Assembly (NCBI GenBank): GCA_002633005.1
Contig: NMRA01000028.1
Span: forward strand, 669,726 to 733,725
Origin: Phoronis australis
Lineage: Eukaryota; Animalia; Phoronida
Direction of reading: 5' to 3'
DNA length: 64,000 bases
Made by a program: the position numbers and the translations under genes. Shown here piece by piece: positions 12,501-25,200 of this stretch; positions within the stretch are counted from its first letter, which is position 1, and each line of letters opens with the position of its first letter. The notes beneath the pieces are model-generated. The model searched no databases and was not told the origin of the DNA. It saw nothing but the letters and a program-made list of their open reading frames with translations.

Positions 12501-15500
12501 AAATCACGGTTTTAAATAATCAACTGGTTTGATTTATCCTTTTTAGTCTTAAACAGTTTGTGGGCTTGTAACTTGTTTGGACTACAGTGAAAAAATTCTA
12601 CTTTTGGATAAGCAAATCATATATAGTTAAGTAGGAATTTTGTTACACTTGTATCTGTATTCTATTTCCTCACAATTTGTTAATTGTTTCTAGGAAGAGA
12701 AAGAGGCCGTTGTGTTGAAACTTCAGGAATCTGAGGAGAAATATTTGGTCTTGTCCAAGTCTCTGAAAGAGTACAGTGAAGAAGTGGAGACACTGAAGGC
12801 CTCTTTAGCACAAAGTCACACAGATCTGGTGAAGCTGAATAATGTTGGCTCACAGCTGGAGGTTGAATATGAGTCTGTGCAGAAGCAGTTGGCAGAGCGT
12901 AGTGGTGAGCTGGAGGAGGCTGACAGAGAAACAGAGAAGATGGCAAAGGAACTGGCTGGGGTGAAGGAAGAAGTGACGCAGTTGACTGTAACCAAGGCAA
13001 CACTTGAGGAAGACTTGATCAGAAAAGATGAAGAGATGGGGAGACTGAAATTGGAGATTGAGGAAAAGAAAAAAACTCAGTCTGTGAAGGAAGAACAGGT
13101 TGAGGTGTTGGAGAAGCAGCTTGCCAAAAAGAGCGATGAATTGCTGAAAGTCTCTGAAGAACTGAGTGTTAGTAAGTCATCCTGTGATGATCTTGTAGCT
13201 GAGAAGGAGACTCTTCAGGCTTCTGTTGACAGTTTGAGTGAGAAGTGCGCACGTACAGCTGAATCTCTTGAAGCAGCTGCAGCAAAAACATCCGATGTGG
13301 AGTCAAAGTTAAAGGTGACTGAAGACGAAAAGTTAAGATTGGAGGGAGTGGTAAAGAAGTTGAGGCACATCTCAGATGAACTGCAAGGCAACTTTGATGA
13401 AAGTCTTCGCAAGTTGGAGGAGTCGGACAAGGAGCGCGAGCATCTGAGCGAGAGGCTAGACAAGATGAGGAAAGAGAAGAAGGAGGTGGAGAAGAGGCTG
13501 GCTGAGGCAGAGGATGACGTGGAGGAGATCGCTGATGACCATGATGATGCAGCGGTGCGGCTGAGGGAGAGTGAAGCACTGAGGAAGGAGTATGTCAACA
13601 AGATAGGACAACTGGCCACTGAGAACAAGGAACTGAAAGGTAGGTCTCTCTGTCATGAAAGTTGCTTAGTTTATGCTCATGTGTTTGTGGAGCATGAGTC
13701 TTCCATAAGGTAAGCAACCAAATGTTTCCACTCTAGTGCTTGAACTTTGGATTATGAGAATCCTTTCAAAACATACCAATTGTAAAGTAACTTGAACATG
13801 CCTTGTGATGATCTTTGCATATATTAGTGATTCGTAACTCCAACACCAAGATTGTACCAGTCCAAGTGCAATGTCAGTGTTTCACTGTATTGCAGTTGCT
13901 GCTCAAAAACTGCAGAGTGAGGTGGATGACCTAGCCAGTGACCATGACACAGTAAGCCTGAAGTTGGCTGAAGCTAGGACTGAACAGGAGGAACTGAGGA
14001 CAAAGCTGGCCATGTCAGTGGATGAAGTGAAGCGTACACGGGGACTGTTGGAGGAGAAGACTGAAGCAGTGAGCAGGCTGAAGGAAGAGGTGTCTGGGGC
14101 AGAGGAGAGGAAGGTAGTGTCTGAGAGGTGAGTGGTTGATGTATAGGGACAAGGGTGACTAATAGTGAGGATTATTTGGCTGAGGTCCTTTAGACGTAAG
14201 TGTGGATTTTACCTCAACCTGACTTTTGGTAAATTTATTTCTTCCGCAATGCAATGTTGTTCATATGACATTCAAAGTCACCATAGTTTGAGCTGTTTTG
14301 CTGATCCTTTTAGCTGTACTCAGTTATTGCACAGGACTGGTCCTGAATCGCAAGATCTACTTTGCACATAAGAACGGACACTCTACATCTAATACTGTAT
14401 GCTTACTACAAGACACATTGCCAAACAGGTTCTAGGATTAGCCAACACTATTTCCAGTATTCACACTCACTTAATTATTTGTTCACCTGATAATAATTTG
14501 ACACAAAGCTGACTACACATTCTCTGTCACTGCTTTCAGAGCATGTCATGAGCTAGAAGCCAAGCTGTGTGCTCTTGAGAAGGTATTGGACAACAACAAG
14601 TCTGACATGATGGAGCAGTCACGTAAGCACCAAGACCACCTCCACCAGCTGTCTGTCAAGCATGATGCTACCATGATGCAACTACAGGAGGAGTTGAGAG
14701 AGGCTACTGAGGCCAGGGATGTAGCCAATCAGAGACTTGCTGAGGCTGAGAGGGCAGAGTCTGAAGTGAAGGCCCAATTGGCTGAGATGGAGAGGGAGGA
14801 AGAGAAACTGAGGTCAAAGGTTAAACACCAAGAGGTTGAGGTTCAGAGACTGAGGAGTGAAAGAGAAGAAGGAGATAAGATAAAGGCTGGTGCAGATAGG
14901 TAATGATTCAGTTAGTCAGTGATACTGTATTGTAATTTTGTTAGGTGTCTGTACAGTTGTTTATGATCTATGGTATTCCATCGAAAACCGCAGCAACAAA
15001 AAGGAATTAATGCCTAGGTCGACTGCATTCTTAAATTAAGGCGGGTGAAGTGTTCATGTGTGACAACTGTGGCTCACCCTTCTGACCAAAAATTAAATCA
15101 CAAAATATTCTGTATAGGAACAAAGTGAGAATGTCCCGAGATAGCTCAGTAATGACATTTTGTTGATGAGAGCTGATAGATTTATAATGAAGGCTCAACA
15201 ATGCAGTTAGTGTACTAGATGAATACAACACAGCAGTTGTCAAGGTACATCTTACATAAAAATATGTTCTGACATACATCATTTCTTTAAGAAAAACCAC
15301 TGCCTTGATGTAAGATTATATTTCTCACTTTTTCATTGTGTTCAACAGCAAAATACAGAGTCTGTCAGAAAAGCTGCGTGCACTAGAAGGTGTGCTATCT
15401 AAGGGTCGTCAGGATATGATGGAGCAGTCTACCAAACACCAGGAGGCCATGCAGCAGGTCTTACTGTCTCATGCTAGAGAACTACAGCGAATGAATGAAG

Positions 15501-18500
15501 AGGGGGCAGGCACGGATGAACTGGTGCAGGAGATTGACATGTAGGTGCTGGGGTCAGGGGTGACTGTGTGCTTGCACTCACTCACTTTTGAAGAGCATGC
15601 GATTGTGTTGATGCTAACTGGTTTGTGATACTTAAGTAGCAAATAGGCATTTAACTTAACGACGCCATTTTCATAAAGCCTTCTTTGGTTTTCATATAAT
15701 CAGAGGGTTTGTTTTCAAGTAAACATCCTAACCTGATGAAGACAAATGACATATGGTGTATTCAGGTTCTTTGCTGTTTATTTTCAGGTGGAAGCAGAAA
15801 TTTGAAGATCTTCAGAAAAAGGTTGAGCCTTTTATGGTGGGTCTTTAGTTACTCAAAGAATTTTGCTTATGTCTCGTCTTTGCCTATGTCCACTTTGACT
15901 CTCTTGAAAAGAAAGAAGCGCTGTTAGTAAAAGTTCTTTTGTTCATATCAAACCAGAACGAGAGATTTTATCTGAGTAAAGTGCCCAAACAAGAACTCGA
16001 CATACTTAAAATGGGAAAGCAGTCATATTTGATGTTGCCTTTACCAAAAATACAGATCTCTGTTTATATTTGAAAGATGTTTTAGTTAAGTTAATATATG
16101 TATTTAGCCATGCAAAATAGAAAGTGACAAATGTCCTATCAAAAGTCCGATTTCTTGGTTGTGCCTTCACATATCTATTTAGTAAACACGAATAACCGAC
16201 ACTGACTGCATTCTATAGTGAGTCGTACTTTGTGTTTTTAATACTCAATTTCAGTGAATACAGAGTCAAACGCGGGTCTTTTGTTGGTTGGTTTGTGTCA
16301 CTTTCTATTGACGCATTGATACTTAATTAGTGAATACATGCTAGGGCACATACAGCAGTAGGCTAATTTACATGGAAATTGTCTTTCCAGACCATCAAGG
16401 TCTCTGTATTTTGCAAACGGTAGCATCACTTGAAACTTTGTTAAGCAAAGATCCGTCTATTGCGTATCTGACTAGCGTGCGGCGCATGTGTCTGTATGTT
16501 ACAATATTTGAATCAGTCGTTTTCAGGGCTCATAATGGGCAACCTATACTTGCTGGGCCATTAGGCCCCGATGGGCGTGTGTGCCAAACTGCTCTAACAT
16601 CCGAAACTTAGGCACATATGCCGGTACGCGAGCCTCTTGGTACAAAATGTCGTGAAAAAAAGGTGTTATTTCGGATATAGTCTCATGGGCATCTGTGCGG
16701 AAGTGTGCTTTACATGCAAAATTAGGTGCGGCAACACGGTAATACAAAACCATTTATCAAATTTCTTGAAATGAGGCAAATGTAAAAAATTGCCATTAGG
16801 AAGCACAGTGGTAATCAAAACAGGAGCGCCTGTATGCAAATCAATGTAACTGCCCATGCGGGAGACAGTACTTAGTCTTACATGCGAAACGTAGGTGCAT
16901 ACGCTAATATGCGAACCACTTGAGCAAAAAGGCTGCGAAAAATGCATTGTTTCAGATTTAAACCCATGGGCCTTAAGGCATAGCAATACATTACATAAAC
17001 AGCATTTAATTATGTTTACATCCATTGTGTATCACAGGAACAACTGGATGCCTATGAGGCTGAGAAGCAGCTACTGCTTGGTCAGACAATGGATGCCACT
17101 CATGAGATGGAGAAACTAGGGAAGGAGTATGCCAAGTTGCTGGGACATCAGAATCAGAAACAGAAGATAAAGCATGTGATAAAGATGAGGGAGGAAAACT
17201 ATTCACTGAAGCAGGTGTGTGGAGGGGCGTACTGGGGCTGGTCGGGGGCGGGGAGGGCACTCATGTGCATCTGGGTCACATGGAAATATCAAAAGTAGTT
17301 TCTGTGCATGGAAAGCTCATGGAACCAAAAAAGTAAAAACCCATGGGATGTTTCATGAGATTGAAACAAACTCGTTCTGCAAGCCATGTTGCAAATTCAT
17401 GCTTCCAGTTTTACTTGACAGTGGCATTCATTAACGAAAATTTGCACTTTTTTAGTTTTTGGTGGGACAAATAGTGGGTCAAAAATGAAAATTCACAGGA
17501 AATGAAAGCACAGTGTGATTGGGAAACCACATTACTAATCTGGGCGTGGGTACTAATCTTTGACTTGGAAATCTGCTCTACTTTTGTGAAAACAAGATAA
17601 ATGTCTATTATTCTCTGCTCAAGTACATTATGGTTTACTTAAGTGAGTGTCTAATCCTAGTTTGAACTCGTTGACCCGAGCATTGAAGCTCAAGTCTGAA
17701 CTCAAAATGTTGAATTTTTTGTTGAGTTTTACTCAAATCTAGGGACTTTTAAGTGAAAACTAGGCACTCTTCTGTGTAAACCATTACACTCTTAATTTGA
17801 GTTTATAACTAAGTAGAACCGAAAATATCTAAGCCAATTTTTTGTTAGGAGATTAGAGCCTGAACACAGTTATGTGATTCTTGGAATAGATTCATGTTTG
17901 ATCGTGATCCTAACATAGAAGAGAGGTTGCTTGTCTTGTAATGAACATAACAGTATAGCTATCTACCTGTAAAGTTGTCCTGTGGACTTAATTAACATTT
18001 TGATATAGCTATACAGAGTACATGAAGAAAACAAACTCTTCATAAAAGCACGTTATTTCTGAGTGTTTTATTTAATAAAAATGTTACAAACTTCATAAAA
18101 TATAATTATTGTGCTTGCAGTACATTGTTTCCAAATACTGTTTAATAGGCAACAGAGCAAGGTTGTTTGAAGAATTTCCCATGAGATACCTTTGTTACTA
18201 GACACCATAAACATTGCTCAACAATGTTATACAACAATGCAAGGTTCTGCAGATAACTATCATTTAACCAAATCCACTTGTTTATCATAAAATGAGAGAA
18301 GATTGGTCTTGCTGTTGTAGTGAGAAAATCCACGTTTACAAAGATTTACCTAAAAAGATTTAAAAATTCCTAGCAATAGATGAATTGTCTTTAACAAACG
18401 GAGTTGTACATTTCAGGAAGTGTTCAAACTACGTGATGAAACAACCAAACTGAAGCGAAAGGTGCTCAAACTGGAGAACAGTCAGGAGAGTCGTCCTCGG

Positions 18501-19191
18501 TTTGACCCCAGCAAGGCATTCCAACACGCTAAAGAAAATATGCCTACACCTCTCAAAGAAGGTGAGTTCCTGATGCCTGGGTTGTAAAGACTGTCTTGAA
18601 TAGTAACACATGTAAATTTGGTTCCGACAGTATGTTAAGAGCACCATTCAGGGCCCTCTAGTGCCATAAATTGTCAAATGTAATGACGTGTTAGGCATAT
18701 TGGTTTGCTTTTGTCTACGTCACCGTGAAAATCGCGTTTTCATTCAACCAGTCGCAAATAACACCCGCACACAATGTTGTTCTATTCAGAAATCTATTCA
18801 ATATAACTGCTAGCTACCTTTTGTTTTTTCGTGCTGGGTTCTTGCGGTGACAGAACATGGCACGAAAAGGCAACATCAATCAGCTATCATTTAAAAGTGA
18901 AATGAAGCTTAATGGTCGATAAATTCAAGATACTTTCTTCCATTTTAAGTTAACTTATGTTCAGTTTGAAAAGTGGGACGCCCAGGTCCATAACCAGTTT
19001 ACATGGCATTGTGCATCCTGTTATGTATTTAAATGCTCCTTTCATAGCACGGCCTGCTTGTTCCTTTTGGTCAATACTTTTTCATGTTGTCTTAATTTCA
19101 GTCAAGTTGTCTTAAGTTCAAAATGTGGCTTGGACTAAGTGTTATGTTCTGGTTTATTGTAGGCAATCGCCAGCGTTCGAGACTGCATTAA
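3585..19191 (+). CDS. HMMR: Hyaluronan-mediated motility receptor (RHAMM), spindle coiled-coil protein, ~1179 aa
   Basis: 20 GT-AG exons: 3585-3630, 4362-4457, 4639-4703, 4923-4994, 5764-5952, 6430-6631, 7406-7471, 7922-8007, 9506-9669, 10240-10326, 11282-11469, 11926-12074, 12694-13639, 13896-14127, 14540-14899, 15349-15540, 15788-15836, 17038-17214, 18417-18561, 19163-19191. They sum to 3540 nt in frame. N-terminus MSFSKSKIKRFNEGESLTPAPGSYD (human MSFPKAPLKRFND...APSPGAYD); C-terminal signature YAKLLGHQNQKQKIKHVIKMREEN and RFDPSKAFQH..KEN...PLKEGN. Confidence 0.95.
5207..5453. mobile_element. Dispersed MITE family A, copy 1
   Basis: Ends resemble TACGGTAAAAATTCTCC. Internal CCCAAATTCCAGAATCA and GATTGAAAACACATTGTCC are shared with copies at ~19605 and ~36945. 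Boundaries approximate. Confidence 0.7.
7014..7355. mobile_element. Degenerate MITE-like inverted-repeat element
   Basis: GCTCCACTAAATTCAAGCT at the left versus AGCTGGAATTTAAATGCAGC at the right; C-rich left half and G-rich right half. Confidence 0.45.
7580..7765. repeat. Degenerate ~38-bp tandem repeat
   Basis: Recurring TCTTATCTTACCCACTAACATTCTTATT..AAGTAG, ~5 copies. Confidence 0.8.
8160..9357 (+). mobile_element. Helentron/HINE (DINE-1-like) non-autonomous element, 3' part duplicated across an N
   Basis: Starts TTATGCGCCCACAT...GTGGTCGCATAT (short hairpin), followed by a GTCTG tract and internal ~160-bp-scale repeats with CTAGTGGC motifs. Ends GGGCACATTTCAACGCTCCGTGTTGCTCTTGTT at ~8871 and again at ~9357. 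Related copy at 24523-25421. Confidence 0.7.
9711..9885. repeat. 24-bp minisatellite, ~7 copies
   Basis: Unit AGACACACATTCTATAGTAGACAA. Confidence 0.93.
10533..10577 (-). ncRNA. Minimal type I hammerhead ribozyme motif (core C3>U variant)
   Basis: Minus strand ACAC TTGATGA A GAG...CTC GAAA GC TA GTGT: stem I ACAC/GTGT, stem II GAG/CTC, palindromic AGCT as minimal stem III. Confidence 0.6.
11015..11059 (+). ncRNA. Minimal type I hammerhead ribozyme motif (intact core)
   Basis: ATAC CTGATGA A GAGTC gcaccgattaa GGCTC GAAA GC TA GTGT: CUGAUGA and GAAA boxes, 5-bp stem II, 4-bp stem I, AGCT palindrome. Confidence 0.72.
12148..12370. mobile_element. Dispersed repeat family B, copy 1
   Basis: TCTGGTCTGCACCT...AAAAGAGAAGGAT...ATTTCAGCTGGCATC...CCAATT aligns colinearly with 51538-51750. 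Confidence 0.6.
16561..16976. mobile_element. Degenerate TTAA-type (Kolobok-like) MITE
   Basis: TTAGGCCCCGATGGG at the left versus CCCATGGGCCTTAA at the right; CpG-rich interior unlike the host intron. Confidence 0.4.
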
Positions 19192-19604
19192 GACGGTTTG
19201 TTTGACGTAGTTGACTGCCAAGTGATGGTGTGTGACTTAGGACAGTCGTCATGTGTCTGCTCTCTCAATTTGTAAATATTATCTAAAAAGTCGATATATA
19301 TTTTTTTGCCATTGAGGTAAACAACTATAATGAGCACGTTAATTCAGAAATATTATGGCAGAAATCTCTCAACACCTTTAATGTACGCATGCTTCATGGG
19401 ATCTTAAATAGCAGTCTACTCTCCTTGTTCATTAAATCAATTTTCCAAACACTGTCTCTGGCACGTGATGAAAATTACATGAGTGAATATTGCTCAGAGA
19501 TGGGCTTTATTATTCACAGCTTGCTGATTTCTGTGTTGAATTGAAAATATTGCTAATCAGAAAATATAATCAGAGAGTTACTGAGTGTCCAAAAGTAGAT
19601 AGAT

Positions 19605-19890
19605 TATGGTAAAAATTCTCCAATTTGAGCAATCTCTGGACTACGGAAACGGAATGTCCTACAAAAATTCAATTTTCTTGATTCTGGAATTTGGGACAAT
19701 AGCGATTTTAACACTCACCATATTTCTCAAATTTCGGACAATGTGTTTTCAATCTACAGCTTGGTTAATTTGGCCGTCTCTCTGGTGATTCTTGAATTTG
19801 GGACGACCAATGTTGTCTACTAGAATTTGGTACAAGCTCCAACCTTGAGCAAAATTATTGCTTTTCACTGTGCGAAGTTGGAGAATTTTA
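19605..19890. mobile_element. Dispersed MITE family A, copy 2 (HMMR 3' UTR region)
   Basis: TATGGTAAAAATTCTCCAATTTGAG...TTGATTCTGGAATTTGGGAC...AAGTTGGAGAATTTT; opposite orientation to the 36945 copy. Confidence 0.7.
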
Positions 19891-20700
19891 AAAGTTAGTT
19901 GATAGACCTCATGCTTAGTGCCATACATAGCCATGTTGTATTTACAGATTTTGTCACCTTTGTTGCTGTGAGGTTAAGGTAGGTTAACATTGCCTGTCAT
20001 ATACCCACTTGTACATTGTCCTATTTAAAGTGGTGGCTGACACATGTATAGGCCTGTAAGACTGTACAGAGGTCATTTTCAAGGAGTTTGTTTTTACACT
20101 GGTGAGGCCATGCCTTCAGACTTAAAACTGAAAAACAACTGAAATAGCCTAAAAGCTTAGAAATGATGGACCTAACAGATACATGTACATGTAGAATGTT
20201 CTTGTTTCCCTGATTTCGCCACCTGTAGGTGTAATCTTTCAATACAAACATATATTCACTGTGCTAGTTCATGTAAAACAGAAAAAGTGATTGTGAGTAG
20301 AATTTCACACTGTCTATTGATATGACGCATTCAAATATGATTTATAACTTATTAAGAAAAGTGGTTAAAGGCTATATTGTACATTGCAGGAAGTGAACAG
20401 TTTGTTGTAGCTTACAAACTTTCATGACATGAAGGGTTTATTTTTCTGTTCAATGCACTTCAGAATTATTTGTACATAACCTCTTTGAAATGTGCTAGAA
20501 ATGACACCTTTGGATGTGCATGTATCTGGTTAAGCATGTACATTTCTGTGAATTACCTCATGTTGTAAACATTTTTTATGTCGTCTGTTTTGCATGATTG
20601 TTTTATGTGTTTGAGCAAATGTGAAAATTATGAAAGAAATTTGTATTACAGGGGGTTGATGTAGTTGTGTATACAGTATTTTGTAATTGTATATTTTGTG

Positions 20701-20706
20701 AATAAA
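20701..20706 (+). terminator. Probable HMMR polyadenylation signal
   Basis: AATAAA at the end of a long U-rich stretch after the stop codon, followed by TG-rich sequence. Confidence 0.55.
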
Positions 20707-20800
20707 CCTTTAAAAAATTATTCATCATTGTGTTGATTATGAACTATTAGCGTCTGTGTGGTCCAGCTACCAGTATAACAAGAATAAAGTTATGATGCAC

Positions 20801-20972
20801 CCTGTCTGGAACTATTGCATCCACTGTCTGGAACTATTGCATCCACTGTCTGGAACTATTGCATCCACTATCTGGAACTATTGCATCCACTGGCTGAAAC
20901 TATTGCATCTACTGGCTGGAACTATTCCATCCACTGGCTGGAACTATTGCATCTACTGGCTGGAACTATTGT
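20801..20972. repeat. 22-bp minisatellite, ~7 copies
   Basis: Unit TCTGGAACTATTGCATCCACTG. Confidence 0.93.
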
Positions 20973-22297
20973 AGCCATCAAGGCGAAGTTAAACATCTTT
21001 AATTAATGAGATTTGTATCAAATAGTAATTGAACTACTCCTAATTGTTATTTGTGCTTTCTATGACGCTCTCAATCCGCCAGTCGGACTCCGCCTATAAT
21101 GATGAGAATTGTTTGACTTCAAATAATTTCAGTCTGCCCTTGCGAAGTGTAACCGATTTCGCTCATTGAAATGATTACAAGAGATAAATACTCAGTCTAA
21201 TAACTCACGATTATTGTGACCAAGCAGAATAATTCCATGAACTACTTGCGAAAATAGGGATGATACAAAGGAGCACTACAAAGTTAAAACACCAAAGGAC
21301 GATGAACTAAAATATACGTCAGACCGAGATGGCTAATATCACAGTCGGCCTACTGCAGCAACTAGTAAGTAAACTTGGAAAATCGTCTTTTAGCCGAGAC
21401 AAGGAGAGTCAACTCAAAACAAGAAAAAACGAACTTTAGCTGTAGTAGTCTCCAAACGTCAGTTCGATTCGGTAAAAATTGAATGCTGTCAGTTCACTGA
21501 GATGCACTACCAAAGGAAGATAATTAGATTAAACAAATAATTTGTGAATGTTTGTAATGAGTGGAATGTGCGAACAGACATCCGCCATTTCGTAGACTGA
21601 AAAGTCATTAGGAAACCGGGCCGTTCAATGGTACCTTGTCGCTGATCCTGGGAGTAATTAATATAGTCTTAGAGTTGAACAAAGCTTCTCTACATCAACC
21701 GGTGTCATAGTCCTGCCCTTCGTATATCACGGGAGTTGTACCGTTGTTTACACTATTGTATTCATTTAGCGTTGTAGATAATTGGTGTTTTCGTCGTCAG
21801 TGACATCGGACAAAAGACTGAGCCTGACGATTAACAAAAGAAAGATTGATATCAGCGCTCTGAAAACAGGTATGGTCTGAAATACGGACTAAACTGAAGT
21901 TATTAATAGTTGATATGTCAAACAGACAACGCAAACGAAAGACGCCCGTCTATTACAATAACTAACAAAAACAGTATTTAGAATTAAAATCGATAATTGG
22001 AATGCAGTCTGTTTATCTTGAAATTTTGACTTCAACGTTACGCAGTGAAAGAGACTGCAAAAGCGTGATCTCACATATTGTAGGCGCTCCATAGACAACG
22101 CATGTTTGTAAACCTCGGGAATTAGCTCAAATAGGACCATTTGTGACAACCCGTTGTTTTGAACAATGAGCACGACGCTGGTGGGGTGCCATTCTTCCGT
22201 GTAAGTATACGGTAACCCTAGGGTGCATTACGTAAGTCAATGTCACAGGAAGTGCAAACTGGGCACGAGGAACCAAGGGACCACCATCAGTTTGAAC

Positions 22298-25200
22298 ATG
22301 CCTCTGTGTGCTCGGTTACAGAATTCCAAGTTTTTGGTCGCCGTGATCATATTCTTCGCATGGATATTTGACAAAATGATCTTGACTTCACTAGGTAGTG
22401 TATTTTCTATTTTACGTATCTCTAACTAACAGGTAGTAATTATAATAACTTCTTCGGATTGAGCTAAGCTTTCAAGTTGAAATTAACCTCGTGTGATGGA
22501 CAGGCTTTCGTTCAAGGGCTGAAATAGATTCGACAAGCTAAGAGATCACAATTAACTGAATACTTTATTGCTGTCGATACGAAACTATATGAACAACGGC
22601 TAATTTTGTACGTCGCTGTCTCTCAACGAATTTACAGATTTTGGCGCTGGGTGTCCAGTCATGCGCGCACCCGGGGGGGGGCTCTGGGGGCTCGAATGAG
22701 CCCCCCTCCAATTGGCGAAGTGGGCAAAAAAGTCCGCCCCGAGAGACAAAAAGTCCGAGAAAATGGGACAAAAGTCCACTAAATAAGCGCAAAGTCGCAA
22801 TTCATAGAGATGCTCCCGTTTTTTTTTTCGTTTTTTTTTAGTCCGCCCGCTCTTTTGTTAGCAAATGGTCCACAACGTCGGGAATTCGAGCCCCCCCCCC
22901 ATATCGAAGGCTGGGTGCGCGCATGTCCAGTTGAAACGTTTTGATCTCCCTCAGTTTTGAGATAAATTTTCCACAGTCTTCGCTTATGTGCATGGCCATG
23001 AAAAACGCAATCCTGCGTTTATGGTGTGCCACTGATGACAATACTCGGTGGAAGCAAGTTCAAGATTAAAGTTTAACTATAATTCGTATACTTTCAGCTC
23101 CTTTCCTACCAGCCTTACTGAGTGATCTGGAAGGCAGTAATTCTTCTGTACAAAATCATCTGTCTTCCATTGGGTTTGCTCTGAATGGGACTAACGTCAC
23201 GGCGGGACCTACCACCTTCCAACATCAAGCTCAGCACGTGGGCATCATCTTGGCCTCTCAACCGGCCACAGAGGTAGTGTTCGCCATCGTCTGCGCCTCA
23301 CTGGTACATAGATTTGGTTACCGCGCTCCACTTATACTGGGATCAACCTTGAACTTGGCAGGAACTCTGAGTGAGTGGCAACTGTTCAATTTGGAAATGA
23401 ATGAGGAACACTTTGGTTCTCCTTGTCTATCGAGTCAGTGACAAAAATGCAACTAACTGTTTATAAGAATCGCCCTTTCATCCTCATGTTGCATTGACTT
23501 CCAACACAGATACTAGTTCCCTCAATGCTCTTGATACGCGTGGGTGTGAAAGTGAAGGTAGATCACTTGTCAGAAAAAAACATCAGGGCACCATTTTGTC
23601 TAGGGTCGTAAGTCTGATTTTAGCTAAGACAGTCGTCAGTGTCTTAAGTTTATATTGGCGAAAAATTCATTGACGTGGTTTATGAAGGTAGCGCTCAACT
23701 CGAATGTAAATTTAGGCCACGTTTACACCTGTAGCAATTGAAGCCTGCACAAACGCTTACCACAGTGTGAGCTGATAGCAGACTTCAAGTTGGACGACCT
23801 TAGTTAAAACGGATGTCTGGGGTGTATCAATTATTTTCGTTTATAACTAAACTGCTCAGAAAGAAAAGCCTTTTTAATTGGTCAATTAAATAATCATTAA
23901 TTAATGTGGCTAGGAACCCGCCATCCGTCACAAAAAAAAAACATATTTTTATCTCGACCACTTGCAGATACGAAATGTTTCCTCAAATTAATCAAAAAAG
24001 TGTGACAAGAGGTTCAGAAAGAACTGGCAGTTCGCTGTTGCTGAAGACCAAGCTAGACTAATTGACTCATTGTCACCATGTCACGGCGTGTCATTATATA
24101 GTTGTGATGTGCATGGCCTCAAGAAACAACAAACTGTCAGTTCTTGGTTCTCATGTCAGGAACAAGTTGAGACCAATTTCTTTGGGGTAAGTAGTCTATT
24201 TGTAAGTTTTTTTATGATCGACATATGTCCCGAATAATAGATAAATGATACTCGCGTAGCAAGCTCGTTACCAGAGATGAAAAGGAGACGGAGGTAGGCG
24301 ATATAAGGTCATTTATTATGGCTAGTACAGTTACAATATAATGAACACAGGTAAATAACGTATAATTGGTAATCTCTGGTAAGATGGGCAATAAAAAAGC
24401 GCCACAAGAGCTGTTGTAAGACAGCTCATGCCTTGTAAGTTTTTACAACGGAACGCGTTAATTGCCGCTTTTAGTGAACGAACTGGCGAAAATTAAATTT
24501 GATACCACTGGTAAGATTCCATATTATGCGTCCACATATTTATATGGACATATTATGCCCCGCCCTGTCCGGTGGTCCGTCTGGCGTTCGTACGACGTCC
24601 ACTGCTGTATCTCCAAAACCTTGGATTGATGTGGAATTTCGCAGACAAGATAATTTCGTGGATGGGACGGCATGAGCGAATTTTTGGACGCATCCGAATA
24701 TCGGTGTGCCCCCTACTTGCAATGTTAGATTTTTCCATTGCCTCTGTATATTCGCAGTTCCTTAACGAATTTTTAAGAATTAGGCTAATAGGTATCTATT
24801 AGTGAAATGACTTCATCTTCCCGTTTTCTGCACCAGTGGCTATATTTACTGTTTTCGAATCTTTTTTTGCGTCCACCCCTCTAGCAACCAAACCTGTCCA
24901 CTCTAAGGATGACGGTGAAAATTGGCGTATATTTTTACATTTCATGTCTCTATTAAATTCACTAAGTTTGTTTTATAATGCCGTCATCTCTGTCTGGGCG
25001 TCCGGCGTCTGCGGCTGTTTCTCCTAACCCCCTTGCAGGATCGTAATGAAATTTGGCAGATGTGTTTCTATGGGGTTGACGACAGAGGACGATAAGTTTC
25101 GGATGGACTCGAGTACCACTGTGCGTCCTAGTGGCAATTTTTTTTTTTCAGTTTGCCTCTCCATCTTCGGAGTTCCGTGGTGGATTTTCAGTCATGAAAT

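Noticed and set aside
12680-13656. Antisense ORFs over the large HMMR exon
   Set aside because: Ser/Leu/Pro-rich shadows of a Glu/Lys-rich coiled-coil coding strand.
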